NCBI GenBank assembly: GCA_041937175.2 | Contig: CP166615.1 | Span: 1,024,001-1,088,000 of the forward strand | From: Limnothrix sp. BL-A-16 | GTDB lineage: Bacteria > Cyanobacteriota > Cyanobacteriia > CACIAM-69d | Direction: 5' to 3' | Length of the DNA: 64,000 bases | Shown: positions 1-10,463 of the stretch, one piece after another | Layout of the letters: each line of letters opens with the position of its first letter | Numbering within the stretch: the stretch's first letter is position 1 | Notes under the pieces: generated by a model | Database searches by the model: none | Told to the model about the DNA's origin: nothing | The model's input: only the letters and a program-made list of their open reading frames with translations | Position numbers and translations under genes: made by a program

Positions 1-437
1 GGATGGCTAATCAGCGGCAGAATCAGATCATTGAAGCCCAGGTGAATTTGGTTTTTATTGAGGATACGGTCACCCAGGAAGGGGAATATTTACGCAAGAT
101 TCAAGATTTATCGTTGGTGCGATCGACCTCGCCCATGTTCGCCCTGTCGTGGTTGGTGATGCACCGAATCGATCAACAAAGTCCCTTATTTGGCCGATCG
201 ATCGAGTCTTTATTGAATAGTAATGCCACCTTTGTTGTGTCTTTAACTGGGATTGATGATGAACTGAGCCAAACGGTTCATGCTCGCCATATCTATGCAA
301 TTTCTGATGTTTTAGAAAATCACCGATTTGTGGATATGTTGGCCCATCAGCCCAATGGGGTGATTTGTATTGATTACCGATTTTTTGATCAGGTGGAACC
401 GGTGGCTCAATTCACACCCAAAATCACGCCCAATTAA
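1..437 (+). CDS. Inward-rectifier (KirBac-like) K+ channel, C-terminal cytoplasmic domain; 5' part probably outside the window
   Basis: ANQRQNQIIEAQV, LSWLVMHRIDQQSPL, SLTGIDDELSQTVHARHIY and HRFVD are typical of the KirBac C-terminal domain. Confidence 0.85.
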   Translation, partial: MANQRQNQIIEAQVNLVFIEDTVTQEGEYLRKIQDLSLVRSTSPMFALSWLVMHRIDQQSPLFGRSIESLLNSNATFVVSLTGIDDELSQTVHARHIYAISDVLENHRFVDMLAHQPNGVICIDYRFFDQVEPVAQFTPKITPN

Positions 438-443
438 GGGCGA

Positions 444-2090
444 TTATTCACCCCGACGAATTACCAATCGATCGCCCGCTTTGCCAACCAAAATTCCTGC
501 CTGAAACGGAGGACGATCGCGATCTTGGGGCCGAATCACCCACAGAGCCACGCGGCGATCGGCCCAATGCTTGGCCTGTTCCGATTGAGGCACGGGAATT
601 ACTTCACAATGACAATAGAAATCCAGGGAAGGGCGCTGGGTGCGATCGCTCGTGTAAACCTTTGAGCCGGAATGGGCAACCGATCGCAGCAGATTCGCCA
701 CCGGCCGCACGGGATATTGTTCATTCAGTTCCCAAAGCCAACTGCCCGACGAGAAAAACAGCGTTAACCCCACAAACATGCCCCAAAAGGCTACGGGGAT
801 CAGTTGTCGATCGCCCTGCTGGGCCAACAAGACCACGGCTCCCCCCGTTAGCCCCAAGGCCGCCAGCGCCAGGGCGAGCATCGGCTCCAATGGTGTGGCC
901 CAGGCGCTGAAGTAAACGGCTCCAGCACAGCCACCCAAGGTCAGCAACCCAAAAATCACCTGCCACGATCGCCCAAACCGGGCCGGCGGTTCTTCCCACA
1001 AAGACCCCAGCAAGGGCCCGATCGCCAGGGCCAAGGGGGGATAGAGCGGCAGACCATACCAGGGAAGTTTGGTTTCCATCACGGAAATGGGCAGTAGATA
1101 GCCCAAGCTCCAAACCAGCACCAACTTGCCCCAGGGCCAATCCCGATCGCCCCAGGCCGCTTGCAACCCAGCGGGCAATAAAAATAGCCAAGGCCAAGCC
1201 AACTCCAACAGTTCTTGTACATAAAACCAGGGCGGGCCGCCTCGATCGCTCACGGAATCCCAAACCCGCCGCAGGGATTGATTCAGCAAATTAGTCTCAA
1301 AAAAGGTGGGGCCGTAGTGTTGCCATTGGGCCCCATACCAAGCCAGAGCTGGGGCCAAGCCCAAAAGCCCCCCGAGCCAGAGATAGGGCGATCGCAACAA
1401 CCGGGGCGTATCCCAGACTAAAAAGCCGAAGATTAGGCCCCCAAACAACAGGGCCACCAGCCCCTTCAATAGGGCGATCGCGCCGAGGGCAAACCCAATT
1501 CCCAGCGTCCACCGCAAATCCCGCCGGGCCCGCAACAGACAGCACCAGGTCAGCAACCCAAAGGCCACAATGGCCGCATCCAGCATGGCCAGCCGTCCAT
1601 GGCGCACCACGGGCAACCAGGTGAGATAAACCAAGGCACTGAAGAGGGCGGCGGCCCGGTGGGTGAAAACTAACCGCCCCACCGCAAACACCAGGGGCAC
1701 GGCCGCCGCACCCAGCAAGGCTCCGGGCAGTCGGGCAGCCCATTCGCTTTCGCCAAAGGTGCGGAACAACAGGGCGATCGCCCAATGGAGCAGCGGCGGC
1801 TTGTTGAAATAGGGGCGATCGTGCAGGGTGGGAAACCACCAGGCCTCGGAGCCGATCGGGACGCGGGCCAGCTCCCGGGCCACTTGGGCCACCGTGCCCT
1901 CATCCCAATCGCGCAGGGGCAACCCACCCAAATTGATGCCATACAACACCAGGGCCAACAATCCCAGCCCGATCGCCCAGGCCCAATCCACCGCCCGATC
2001 GTCCCTGCGCCACAGTTGCCGGGCGATGGCCCCCACGCGGGACGATCGCACCGAGGCCGAAGAACCAGCCGGGTCAGGATTAGGGGCCAT
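444..2090 (-). CDS. ArnT/PMT-like glycosyltransferase family 39 membrane protein
   Basis: LRDWDEG, YFNKPPL, WAARLP and TKLPWY motifs with many TM segments; start uncertain (ORF track gives 2138). Confidence 0.88.
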   Translation of the reverse strand: MAPNPDPAGSSASVRSSRVGAIARQLWRRDDRAVDWAWAIGLGLLALVLYGINLGGLPLRDWDEGTVAQVARELARVPIGSEAWWFPTLHDRPYFNKPPLLHWAIALLFRTFGESEWAARLPGALLGAAAVPLVFAVGRLVFTHRAAALFSALVYLTWLPVVRHGRLAMLDAAIVAFGLLTWCCLLRARRDLRWTLGIGFALGAIALLKGLVALLFGGLIFGFLVWDTPRLLRSPYLWLGGLLGLAPALAWYGAQWQHYGPTFFETNLLNQSLRRVWDSVSDRGGPPWFYVQELLELAWPWLFLLPAGLQAAWGDRDWPWGKLVLVWSLGYLLPISVMETKLPWYGLPLYPPLALAIGPLLGSLWEEPPARFGRSWQVIFGLLTLGGCAGAVYFSAWATPLEPMLALALAALGLTGGAVVLLAQQGDRQLIPVAFWGMFVGLTLFFSSGSWLWELNEQYPVRPVANLLRSVAHSGSKVYTSDRTQRPSLDFYCHCEVIPVPQSEQAKHWADRRVALWVIRPQDRDRPPFQAGILVGKAGDRLVIRRGE

Positions 2091-2374
2091 AAGGATGGGG
2101 AACAGGGATGGGGAAATCGATCGCGCGGTTGAAATCAATGCCCAATCTAGCGAATTAAGGGGCCCGAAAACCCAGAATCAATCCGTTTTCGGAGGCTGGC
2201 ATGGCTATTGAAATGGTTGTTGGCAACGATGCCACTCGTGGGGCCCAGACCGCACGCCCGACCCCGATCGGCCGGCTTATACTGGCTGGCATCGTGGGCC
2301 CCATAGCGTCTTCAAAAATTTCCAGCTAAATCAACCGAACCATTCAACCTAGCCATTCAACCTAACCATTTAAG

Positions 2375-3874
2375 ATGCAGCTTTCACCCATCGTCGATAT
2401 CGTTATCGGCCTCCTATTCGTTTACTTAACCCTCAGTCTGTTGGCTTCGGAAATTCAAGAATTGATTGCCACCCTGTTGCAATGGCGAGCCGCTCACCTG
2501 AAACAGTCGATCGCCCAATTACTGGGCGGCGGCAGCCAATCCACCGTCAGCGGCCGCGCCCCCCAGCGTCCCGGTGACAGCACCCGCGCCGAACAACTGA
2601 CCGAACGCCTCTACGATTCCCCCACCATCAACAGCCTGAACCAAGAGGCCCGGGGGTTGTTAGCCGCCGGTTTTCGCAAGGGCTTTCGGGTTCTCTGCAA
2701 CCTGATTGGTCTCAGCAATTCGATCTTTGGGCAACATACCAGCGCCCCTTCCCACATCCCGCCCAGTTCCTTTGCCGATGCGTTGCTGTCTTCGGCCAAA
2801 ATTCCCGAGCTGATTCGTACTGTCAGCCTGCGGCGGTTTGAGCAATTTACCCAAGACTTGGGGCGACAAACCCGTCAATTGCTGCAACCGCAACTGAGCG
2901 ATTCGCGATTGACCCAACTGCTCGATCGCTTTGAACAACGCCTGCGAGACATCACCACCGACTATCGATCGGGCAAATTTGACCTCAAAATCAGCCTCAC
3001 CCGAGTGCTGAACTCCGTCGATCGGCTCATTAGCATTCTGCAAGCGGCCCATATTCCCGAGGTCGATCGACTGGTGATCCTGCGCGACGACACCTTTGAA
3101 GACCGCGAGGGCCACACCATTTTGCTGGCGGCCCTGTTGCCCTCCACCGAAGAAGTGCTCGATGGGTTGCGCCACAAACGCGCCATCTACCAGGAAGTGC
3201 AGGCGGTGATTGCTGAATTGCGCGATGCCAATGACCCAACCCGCAAAGGATTGGAAGAAGCCCTGAACCTGTTGCCCGAGCCTGTGCAAGACAACCTGTT
3301 GCTGCTGGCAAAGCGGGCCCGATCGCGAGCGGCCTCCGCGCAAGAGGATTTCCAGGAATTCCAAAAGGAAGTGGAAGGTTGGTACGATCGAGCGCGCGAT
3401 CGAGCATCGGGGGTCTATCGCCGCAATGCACGCGGGGTTTCGATCCTGTTGGGCATTGTCCTGGCGGTGGCCAGCAACGCCGACACCTTCAACATTGTGA
3501 GCAAGCTGTCTCGGGATACGGCCCTGCGGCAAGCGGTGAGCGCCTACGCCGATCGAGTCGTTCAAACGGGTAGCGCCCCCGGAGTTCCTTCGCGGCCCAT
3601 GCTGCCCAAGTGGTCGGAAGTTAGCCAGGATATGCAGGCGGCTTTGGATGAAACCACCCTCCCGATCGGCTGGGACTCCAACAAATTAAATGAGCAACTA
3701 CGCTACGACAATCGCAAACCCAACAACCAAGGAGAAGTGATTTGGGTTTTAATTCGCACGGCTTTGGGCTGGCTGGTCACGGGCTTGGCGATCGCGATGG
3801 GCGCGCCCTTTTGGTTTGATCTACTTGGCAAAATTATGCGAGTTAAAAACACCGGCAAATCAGAAGCATCCTAA
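2375..3874 (+). CDS. Hypothetical membrane protein (N-terminal TM, helical middle, C-terminal TM pair)
   Basis: 499-aa ORF; ELIATLLQWRA, WYDRARDRASGVYRR and GAPFWFDLLGK look like conserved motifs; function unknown. Confidence 0.75.
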   Translation: MQLSPIVDIVIGLLFVYLTLSLLASEIQELIATLLQWRAAHLKQSIAQLLGGGSQSTVSGRAPQRPGDSTRAEQLTERLYDSPTINSLNQEARGLLAAGFRKGFRVLCNLIGLSNSIFGQHTSAPSHIPPSSFADALLSSAKIPELIRTVSLRRFEQFTQDLGRQTRQLLQPQLSDSRLTQLLDRFEQRLRDITTDYRSGKFDLKISLTRVLNSVDRLISILQAAHIPEVDRLVILRDDTFEDREGHTILLAALLPSTEEVLDGLRHKRAIYQEVQAVIAELRDANDPTRKGLEEALNLLPEPVQDNLLLLAKRARSRAASAQEDFQEFQKEVEGWYDRARDRASGVYRRNARGVSILLGIVLAVASNADTFNIVSKLSRDTALRQAVSAYADRVVQTGSAPGVPSRPMLPKWSEVSQDMQAALDETTLPIGWDSNKLNEQLRYDNRKPNNQGEVIWVLIRTALGWLVTGLAIAMGAPFWFDLLGKIMRVKNTGKSEAS

Positions 3875-3960
3875 TTGTCCAGCACCATATTGGCGGTGAT
3901 AAAATCTCGTGAGTAGGTTATCGGCTCACTCATAACGCCTCAGGGCCGAACCATTCGCCC

Positions 3961-5163
3961 ATGCCAAAAGTCACAACCACAACGTCTGAGTCTGGCGGTT
4001 TGGGTTGGGTTTGGTTGCTGTTGCTGTTGGGTACGGGGGCGATCGGGGGTGGGCTTTGGGGGCTAACGAGCTGGCTACTGGGTCGATCGCCCGCCTTGCT
4101 CACCCAGGCCCGCCAAGCGCGATCGACTCCTTCAATTCCCCGCCTTGCGGAAACCAACCAACAACTCACCCAGCAAATCAACTGGCTGCAATTGATTCCC
4201 CCTTGGCCCCTGTTGCCCCATGACCAGGCCCAAGCCCAATTGCCCACGCTCAAAGACCAGCAAGCCGCCATTAACCGCGAGCTGACGATTGCCCGGGGCC
4301 TGAACACCGCTGAAAATGCGGCCATGAAAGCCGCCCGTTTGGTGCAAAATCCGCCCCACCCGCCGGCCGTTTGGCAACAGGCCAAGCAGCAATGGCAGTT
4401 GGCGATTCAAACGTTGGCGAGTCTGCCGCCGGATGCGTTGACGGGGGCAATGATTCAAAGCAAGCTGGCCACCTATCGATCGAATCTAGCGGCAATTGAA
4501 CAGCAATTGGCTGTGGCAGTGCAGGCGGTGGAATTTAACAATCGCGGGGTTGAGGAGCTGAACAACGAACGCTACCGCGAGGCGATCGCTTGGTTTCAGC
4601 AGGCCCTGGCTCACAACCCCAAGATGGCGGAGGCCCTGTTGGGGCAAGGGTTGGCGCAAGTGGCCCTCCAAGACTATCGATCGGCATTGGAGTCCTTCAA
4701 TCGATCGATTACCGCCAAGGGGGATTTTGTGGATCCGTATCTCTATCGGGCGGAAACTCGCTATGAATTTGGCGATGCGGCTGGGGCCATGGCGGACTTG
4801 GATCAGGCCATTGCCCTGGATAATCAACGGGCGACGGCCTATCTGTTGCGGGGGGTGATCCATTTTGCCCAAGACCAAGCCAATCAGGCCCGATCGGACT
4901 TAAACAAAGCCGTGGAGCTGTTTTCGCAACAGCAAGATTTTGATTCTGCGACCCAAGCCCGCACCCTGCTGGCGCAACTGCCCGCTGAATTGCCTCCTGC
5001 TGAATTGCCGGTGACGGAATCTGCCCCGCCAGACAATCCAGCAGTGGCGGTGGAGGACGATGACGATGATGATGACGACTACAAACGCCGTCGTCGCCTC
5101 TCGTTGCGGGATGTGCGATCGACCTGGGATCGGGTGCGCCGCTCTGGTCGCCGTCGCCGCTAG
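3961..5163 (+). CDS. Membrane-anchored tetratricopeptide repeat protein
   Basis: N-terminal hydrophobic segment, several TPR units (FNNRG, YLYRA, AYLLRG), acidic then Arg-rich tail. Confidence 0.8.
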   Translation: MPKVTTTTSESGGLGWVWLLLLLGTGAIGGGLWGLTSWLLGRSPALLTQARQARSTPSIPRLAETNQQLTQQINWLQLIPPWPLLPHDQAQAQLPTLKDQQAAINRELTIARGLNTAENAAMKAARLVQNPPHPPAVWQQAKQQWQLAIQTLASLPPDALTGAMIQSKLATYRSNLAAIEQQLAVAVQAVEFNNRGVEELNNERYREAIAWFQQALAHNPKMAEALLGQGLAQVALQDYRSALESFNRSITAKGDFVDPYLYRAETRYEFGDAAGAMADLDQAIALDNQRATAYLLRGVIHFAQDQANQARSDLNKAVELFSQQQDFDSATQARTLLAQLPAELPPAELPVTESAPPDNPAVAVEDDDDDDDDYKRRRRLSLRDVRSTWDRVRRSGRRRR

Positions 5164-5229
5164 GTTTTGCAATCAATAGCAACTTTCCCAAGGCCCGCAG
5201 AATGCCCAATTCAGGATCCCCAATTGTCC

Positions 5230-8013
5230 ATGGCCGCAAACCGATCGAGCGTCAACCCCTCAAGAACCATCTGGCTGGGAGCCAAGGCCGCCCAGGTGCA
5301 ACGGGTGATCGCCCAAGGTCTTTGGGGGCCCTTTGATTGGGTGCTGACCCCGACCCGGCAGGCGGCCCGGGCGATCGGGGTGCAGGCCCAATCTCTCGAT
5401 CAACTCCTCAAGCGGTTGCGATTGGATGGCAACCTGGCTCCGATGCTGATGCGTCAGCGGGCTTTACGATCGGCCGTGGCGAAGGTTTGGCCTGATGTGG
5501 AAGCGGGGCCCTATGCCAATACGATCGCCCCCGTGATTCGGGAAATGCTGCACAACGGTTGGTCTCTGGCGATGGCGGCCCAGGAACCCACCTTGAGCGA
5601 TCGGGCGCGGCGGTTGGTGACCATTGCCCAGGCTTATTTGCAAGCGCTGCAATTATCGGGCGATCAAAAATTGGGCGATCAACAACCAGGTGATCAAAAA
5701 CTGGGCGATCAATCCACTCAGCGGCGGGCCGTTGATCGACCAGCCGATCGACTAGATGCGGCCCAAATTTATGGACAGGCAGCCCAGGCGATCGCCCAAG
5801 GTGCAGCGGATCCTCTGGTGTTGGGCCTCTGGGGCTATGGCTATTTGGCTCCCGATGCGATCGCCCTCATTGATGCCCTGGCGGGGCCCGGCAGTTGCCT
5901 TTGGTGGCCCAATGATCTGGCTTTGCATCGGCTGCTGCCGGCCTGGGAACAGCGGGGCTGGACGGTGCGATCGGCCTCGGAACTTTCTGAAGAACCCGAA
6001 GCAACAACGCCCCCGACCGAATGCCAAGCCTTGCAACAGGCGATCGCCTTTCCCACTCTGGAGGACGAGGTGCGCTGGGTTCTGGCCAAGGTCAAACAGC
6101 ATCTTCACCAAGGCGTGCCAGCTAATCAAATGGTGTTGATTGCCCGCGATGAGCAACGCTACGGGCCGAAGCTGTTGGAGGTGGCGCAGGAATTTGAGGT
6201 TCCGGTGCGGTTGCTGTATGGTGTGCCCCTCACGCAAACACGGGTGGGCCATTGGGTGCAATGCCTGCTGGAAGCGGCCCAACAACAATGGGCCTATGAG
6301 CCAGCGGTGCAATTATTGCGCCACCCGATCGGGCGAGATCGCCTAGAAGATCAATGGGAAACGGCCCGCCGCCTACGCCCCGATCGCCCCAAGGCCTGGG
6401 TTCAGGCAGGCATTGATCTTGCGGATTTGGCCCCGCCGGCCCAATCGGCCCGCCGCGAGGCCACCCGTGAGCAGTGGGTGAGTTGGGTGCAGGACTGTGC
6501 CCGATCGCTGGAGATTCGATCGGGCGCACAGCATTGGCCCAGTGAAGCCAACGCCCTCAGCAGCCTGAATCATCACTTGATTGAGCTAGCCCGTCCCAGC
6601 CACGAAACATTAACCCTGGCCAGCTTTGCCCAGGAATTGCGAGAACTGTTGAGCCTCATTGCCGTGCCCCGCCATCCTGGCCGCGGCGGTGTGGAATTGC
6701 ACAACCCCGCTAGCCTCATCGGGGCCCAATATCGCTACGGATTTGCCCTGGGGATGGTGGAAGGCTGGTGGCCCGCCCCGATCGCCCCTGATTTAGCCCT
6801 CGATTGGTTCGATCGACGCGCCCTCACCCAAGCCGGGTTTCCGATGGCTGGCACTGCCGAGCTGGCGGATCAAGAGCGCCTCCACAACAGCGCCGCCTTT
6901 GCCACCATCCAAGCGCAATTGGTGTTTAGCTATCCCCAGTGGCACGGCCAGCAACCCCAATCCCCCAGCGCCCTGCTCCGCAATCCCCAAATCAAACCCG
7001 CCGAGCCGGAGCCGGTTCCCGATGTCAGCCCCTTGGCCAGTTGGCAGCGGTTTTTGACCCGAGCCGATCGCCCCGCAGTCCTGGCGCAGGATCCCTTAGG
7101 CCCAGCCTTGGAGCGAGCTTGGCGGATGGAATGCCAACGATTGCGCAACGGCCCACCCAATCTCCCGGAAGATTTGGCATTTAACGGCTTCCTTGGCTCC
7201 CTCGCCGCCATGGATCCCGATCGGCATACCTTTAGCGCCTCTCAAATCACCGATTTGGGGCAATGTCCGTTCAAATACTTTGCACGGCGCGTTCTGCGGC
7301 TCCAAGAACCCCAAGAAACCGAAGCCGACTTGCCCCGAAACAGCAAAGGCAACCTCTACCACCGCGTTTTGCAAAAACTGGGGGAACAACAGCGCGATCA
7401 GCAAGCGCCCGTTTTCAATGACCCTGAGCAACGGTTGGCGGCCCTCGAAACCTGGCTGGCCGAAGCGGCCACCGAACTGCAACTGCCGCGCCATCTCACC
7501 TGGACAGCCCAGCGCCAAGAACTCCTGGCCCAATTGCAGTGGTTAATTGTGCAAGACAGCTTTTTACCCACCGAATCCACCATCCTCCATTGCGAAGTGC
7601 CCTTTGAAGGGGAGTGGCTGGGTCTGAAGGTGAAGGGCATGATCGATCGAGTGGATCAGTCCCCCGATGGCTTGGTTCTGATTGATTACAAAACCGGTAA
7701 AGCCGAAGGAGCCAAAGTCAAAGACCAAACCGGCCAAGCCAGCCTGGATGTGCAACTGTTGGTTTATGCCAGCGCCGCCGCCCAACTGGTTCCCGAAACC
7801 CCCGTCGCCAAGGCCTATTACTACAGTTTGCGAGAAGCGAAGCCCTCGCCATCCCAACAGCCCACCCGTGACGATCCAGAGGTGGGAGCCTTGGTGCAAC
7901 GATTGCGTCACCACTTAGCGGCGGGGGAATACCCTGTGGATCCCGATCGGGAATACAAAGCCTGTCAGTTTTGCGAAGCCTCATCGGCCTGTCGTTGTGT
8001 CCAGGATGGCTGA
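5230..8013 (+). CDS. AddB/RexB-like protein: inactive helicase scaffold plus C-terminal PD-(D/E)XK nuclease with a probable Fe-S cluster
   Basis: FSASQI..CPFKYF, GNLYHRVL, E..F, GMIDRVD, LIDYKTG, QLLVYA and C-terminal CQFC...C; start could be 5167. Confidence 0.85.
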   Translation: MAANRSSVNPSRTIWLGAKAAQVQRVIAQGLWGPFDWVLTPTRQAARAIGVQAQSLDQLLKRLRLDGNLAPMLMRQRALRSAVAKVWPDVEAGPYANTIAPVIREMLHNGWSLAMAAQEPTLSDRARRLVTIAQAYLQALQLSGDQKLGDQQPGDQKLGDQSTQRRAVDRPADRLDAAQIYGQAAQAIAQGAADPLVLGLWGYGYLAPDAIALIDALAGPGSCLWWPNDLALHRLLPAWEQRGWTVRSASELSEEPEATTPPTECQALQQAIAFPTLEDEVRWVLAKVKQHLHQGVPANQMVLIARDEQRYGPKLLEVAQEFEVPVRLLYGVPLTQTRVGHWVQCLLEAAQQQWAYEPAVQLLRHPIGRDRLEDQWETARRLRPDRPKAWVQAGIDLADLAPPAQSARREATREQWVSWVQDCARSLEIRSGAQHWPSEANALSSLNHHLIELARPSHETLTLASFAQELRELLSLIAVPRHPGRGGVELHNPASLIGAQYRYGFALGMVEGWWPAPIAPDLALDWFDRRALTQAGFPMAGTAELADQERLHNSAAFATIQAQLVFSYPQWHGQQPQSPSALLRNPQIKPAEPEPVPDVSPLASWQRFLTRADRPAVLAQDPLGPALERAWRMECQRLRNGPPNLPEDLAFNGFLGSLAAMDPDRHTFSASQITDLGQCPFKYFARRVLRLQEPQETEADLPRNSKGNLYHRVLQKLGEQQRDQQAPVFNDPEQRLAALETWLAEAATELQLPRHLTWTAQRQELLAQLQWLIVQDSFLPTESTILHCEVPFEGEWLGLKVKGMIDRVDQSPDGLVLIDYKTGKAEGAKVKDQTGQASLDVQLLVYASAAAQLVPETPVAKAYYYSLREAKPSPSQQPTRDDPEVGALVQRLRHHLAAGEYPVDPDREYKACQFCEASSACRCVQDG
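5659..5712 (+). repeat. In-frame 15-bp tandem repeat (GDQKL/GDQQP)
   Basis: ggcgatcaaaaattg-type units, about 3.6 copies. Confidence 0.75.
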
Positions 8014-8141
8014 TTGCAAGTGGGATTTGCTCTACGATTGGCTGAACAACCGCCACAGAATACTCTGGTAATGTTCTGCATGGGAGACTCTTTTCCCTGC
8101 GATTGTTAGCCGTGACGATGCACGGGTGCTGATTTTCGATC

Positions 8142-9287
8142 ATGATCGGGTCGATCGCTCAGCCTCCTCCCCTTTCTCCCCCCTCCTTCCAGGTGTCTGA
8201 ACGTCGCCGTTTTCGTCCGATCGACCAACGACCGTTCCAAAAGATTTGGATTGGGGCTGCCTTCTTTGCAGTCACCCTCATCATCTCCGTCACGGGCTAC
8301 ATGATCGCTGGCTGGGGGTTCCTCGATGCCTTCTACATGACCATCATCACCGTCTTTGGCGTGGGTTATGGGGAAATTGGCCCCATGACCCCCCATTTGC
8401 GGGCCTTCACGATTTTTGTGATCATCGCGGGCACTTCTTCGGCGGTCTACACTGTAGGGGGGGTCTTCCAAGCCCTGGCCGAGGGCGAAATGAATCGGCT
8501 ACTGGGGGCCAGGCGCATGAGTCGAGATATTGATCGCCTCAAAGATCATGTAATCATCTGCGGGTTGGGCCGCATTGGTCGGCTATTGGCCCGCAAGCTG
8601 GTGGAAACGGGCCAGCCCTTCGTGGTGATTGACTCCAATCCTGATCGGGTGGAGCGGGGTGTCAATCTGGGCTATTTGGTTTATGAAGGCAACGCCACCG
8701 ATGAATCGGTTTTGCGAGCGGCGGGCATTGAGCGGGCCAAGGCCTTGGCTACGGTGTTGCCCGATGATGCGGAAAATGTGTTCATTACCCTGACCGCCCG
8801 GGGCATGAATCCCCACATGACGATCGTGGCTCGGGGCGAAGCAGCCAGCACCGAAAACAAGCTGAAGCTGGCCGGAGCCGATCGAGTGGTTTTGCCAGCT
8901 AATATTGGGGCGGAGCGGATTGCTCAAATTTTGAATCACCCCTCTGCCCTCTATTTCTTGGAAGAGGATGAGGGCCGGGCCACCCTCAGCGAAATGCTGT
9001 TGCGGTTGGATGTGAAGCTGGACGAAGTGTCCGTGCTTCCCCAATCCCCCTTGGATGGCCGGACGATCGGGGACGTGGAAGTGCGTGGCAACGGCACATT
9101 CATCGTTGTGGCCCTGCTGCAAAAGGACGGCAACACCATCATTCACCCACCCCAATCGACGCAACTTTATCCAGGCGATACGCTGATCGTGATGGGTCAC
9201 AGCGACGATATGCCCACCTTTGTCTTTGGTCGGGAATATAGCCGCAACCACAACCGCAACCAACGCTATCGCGGCCTACCCCGTTAG
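8142..9287 (+). CDS. Potassium channel protein (2-TM pore, TrkA-N, TrkA-C)
   Basis: Pore TVFGVGYGE, Rossmann IICGLGRIG, RCK-C domain at the C-terminus. Confidence 0.9.
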   Translation: MIGSIAQPPPLSPPSFQVSERRRFRPIDQRPFQKIWIGAAFFAVTLIISVTGYMIAGWGFLDAFYMTIITVFGVGYGEIGPMTPHLRAFTIFVIIAGTSSAVYTVGGVFQALAEGEMNRLLGARRMSRDIDRLKDHVIICGLGRIGRLLARKLVETGQPFVVIDSNPDRVERGVNLGYLVYEGNATDESVLRAAGIERAKALATVLPDDAENVFITLTARGMNPHMTIVARGEAASTENKLKLAGADRVVLPANIGAERIAQILNHPSALYFLEEDEGRATLSEMLLRLDVKLDEVSVLPQSPLDGRTIGDVEVRGNGTFIVVALLQKDGNTIIHPPQSTQLYPGDTLIVMGHSDDMPTFVFGREYSRNHNRNQRYRGLPR

Positions 9288-9317
9288 CGGGCAGCCACCA
9301 GTTTTAGACCGAGGTTC

Positions 9318-10175
9318 ATGGAACGAATGCCGCTAATTTCAGCCCCAATGACCAACGCTGACTCGGATTCGGGGCCCGTGGTCAATCATCGCCGCCCGTT
9401 GTCTTGTTGGGCGATCGGGATCGATCGGGCCGGGTGGTTGCAGGTTTGCCCCGCCCAAGTGCTGCGAGGGTTATTGATGGTGGGGGTGCTGTTGTGGGGA
9501 TGGGGATTCCTGGTGTTGCCGGTACGGGCCGAGAGCCTGACGGATTTGCAGCGATTGTTTCGGAACACCGTGTGCCGCCACTGCGATCTCAGCTATGCCA
9601 ACTTGGCGGGGGTGAACCTCAGCGATGCCTATTTGGGCGACACGGACTTGGTAGGGACTGATTTACAAGGGGCATTGCTCGATCGGGCTAACTTGACCCG
9701 GGCCCGGGCGATCGGGGCGAGCTTTGCTCAGGTGCGTGCTGACCATGCCGACTTCAGCAACGCCGACCTCAGCGGAGCCAACCTCACCCAAGCCCACCTG
9801 GAGGCAACCCGCCTCACCCGCGCCACCATTGTCAGCGCCTCCCTGGAAGGCAGCGTCCTGCGTCGGGCCGAACTCACCGAGGCGGACTTGCGAGACAGCA
9901 ACCTCACCCGTGCCAACCTATCCAAAGCCGACTTAACCCGCGCTTCCTTGACCTATGCCCGTTTAAACCAGGCTGACCTCCGGGGCAGCATTTTGCGAGG
10001 AGCCGACCTGCGCCAAACGGACTTCAGCGGCGCAGACCTAACCGGCGCAGACCTAACGGATACCAATCTGGAAAAGGCGATCCTTTGCGGCACTCGTCTG
10101 GCCGATGGTAAAGTGTCGCGCCAAGGCTGTCCCCGATCGCCTGCGGGTGATACCATCAAAGGCGGAAAATTTTGA
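9318..10175 (+). CDS. Pentapeptide repeat protein with signal/TM segment
   Basis: CRHCDL followed by many A(D/N)L-x-x units; start uncertain. Confidence 0.9.
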   Translation: MERMPLISAPMTNADSDSGPVVNHRRPLSCWAIGIDRAGWLQVCPAQVLRGLLMVGVLLWGWGFLVLPVRAESLTDLQRLFRNTVCRHCDLSYANLAGVNLSDAYLGDTDLVGTDLQGALLDRANLTRARAIGASFAQVRADHADFSNADLSGANLTQAHLEATRLTRATIVSASLEGSVLRRAELTEADLRDSNLTRANLSKADLTRASLTYARLNQADLRGSILRGADLRQTDFSGADLTGADLTDTNLEKAILCGTRLADGKVSRQGCPRSPAGDTIKGGKF

Positions 10176-10200
10176 CGCAAACGCATAGGGGACGGACATC

Positions 10201-10290
10201 ATGGATATCATCACCCTCGGTTGGGTTGGCTTGCTGACGGTTTTCACCTTCTCGATTTCGATGGTGATTTGGGGCCGCAACGGCTTCTAA
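10201..10290 (+). CDS. petN: Cytochrome b6f subunit 8
   Basis: Hand translation [29 protein letters not shown] matches the PetN signature; not in the ORF track. Confidence 0.97.
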   Translation: MDIITLGWVGLLTVFTFSISMVIWGRNGF

Positions 10291-10463
10291 GTTCCCGGGG
10301 CTGTGGCCAATTACGTTGCCGAAGCTCGATGTTTAAACATGCATTTCAGGGATTAAAAAGATTGTCGATCGAGGGTGTATGAATCAACCCGATCGACAGT
10401 TTTGTTTAAGTAGCTTTATCTTGTTTTTTGACCCTTGATTTTTGATTTTTGGTGAGGATTCCC

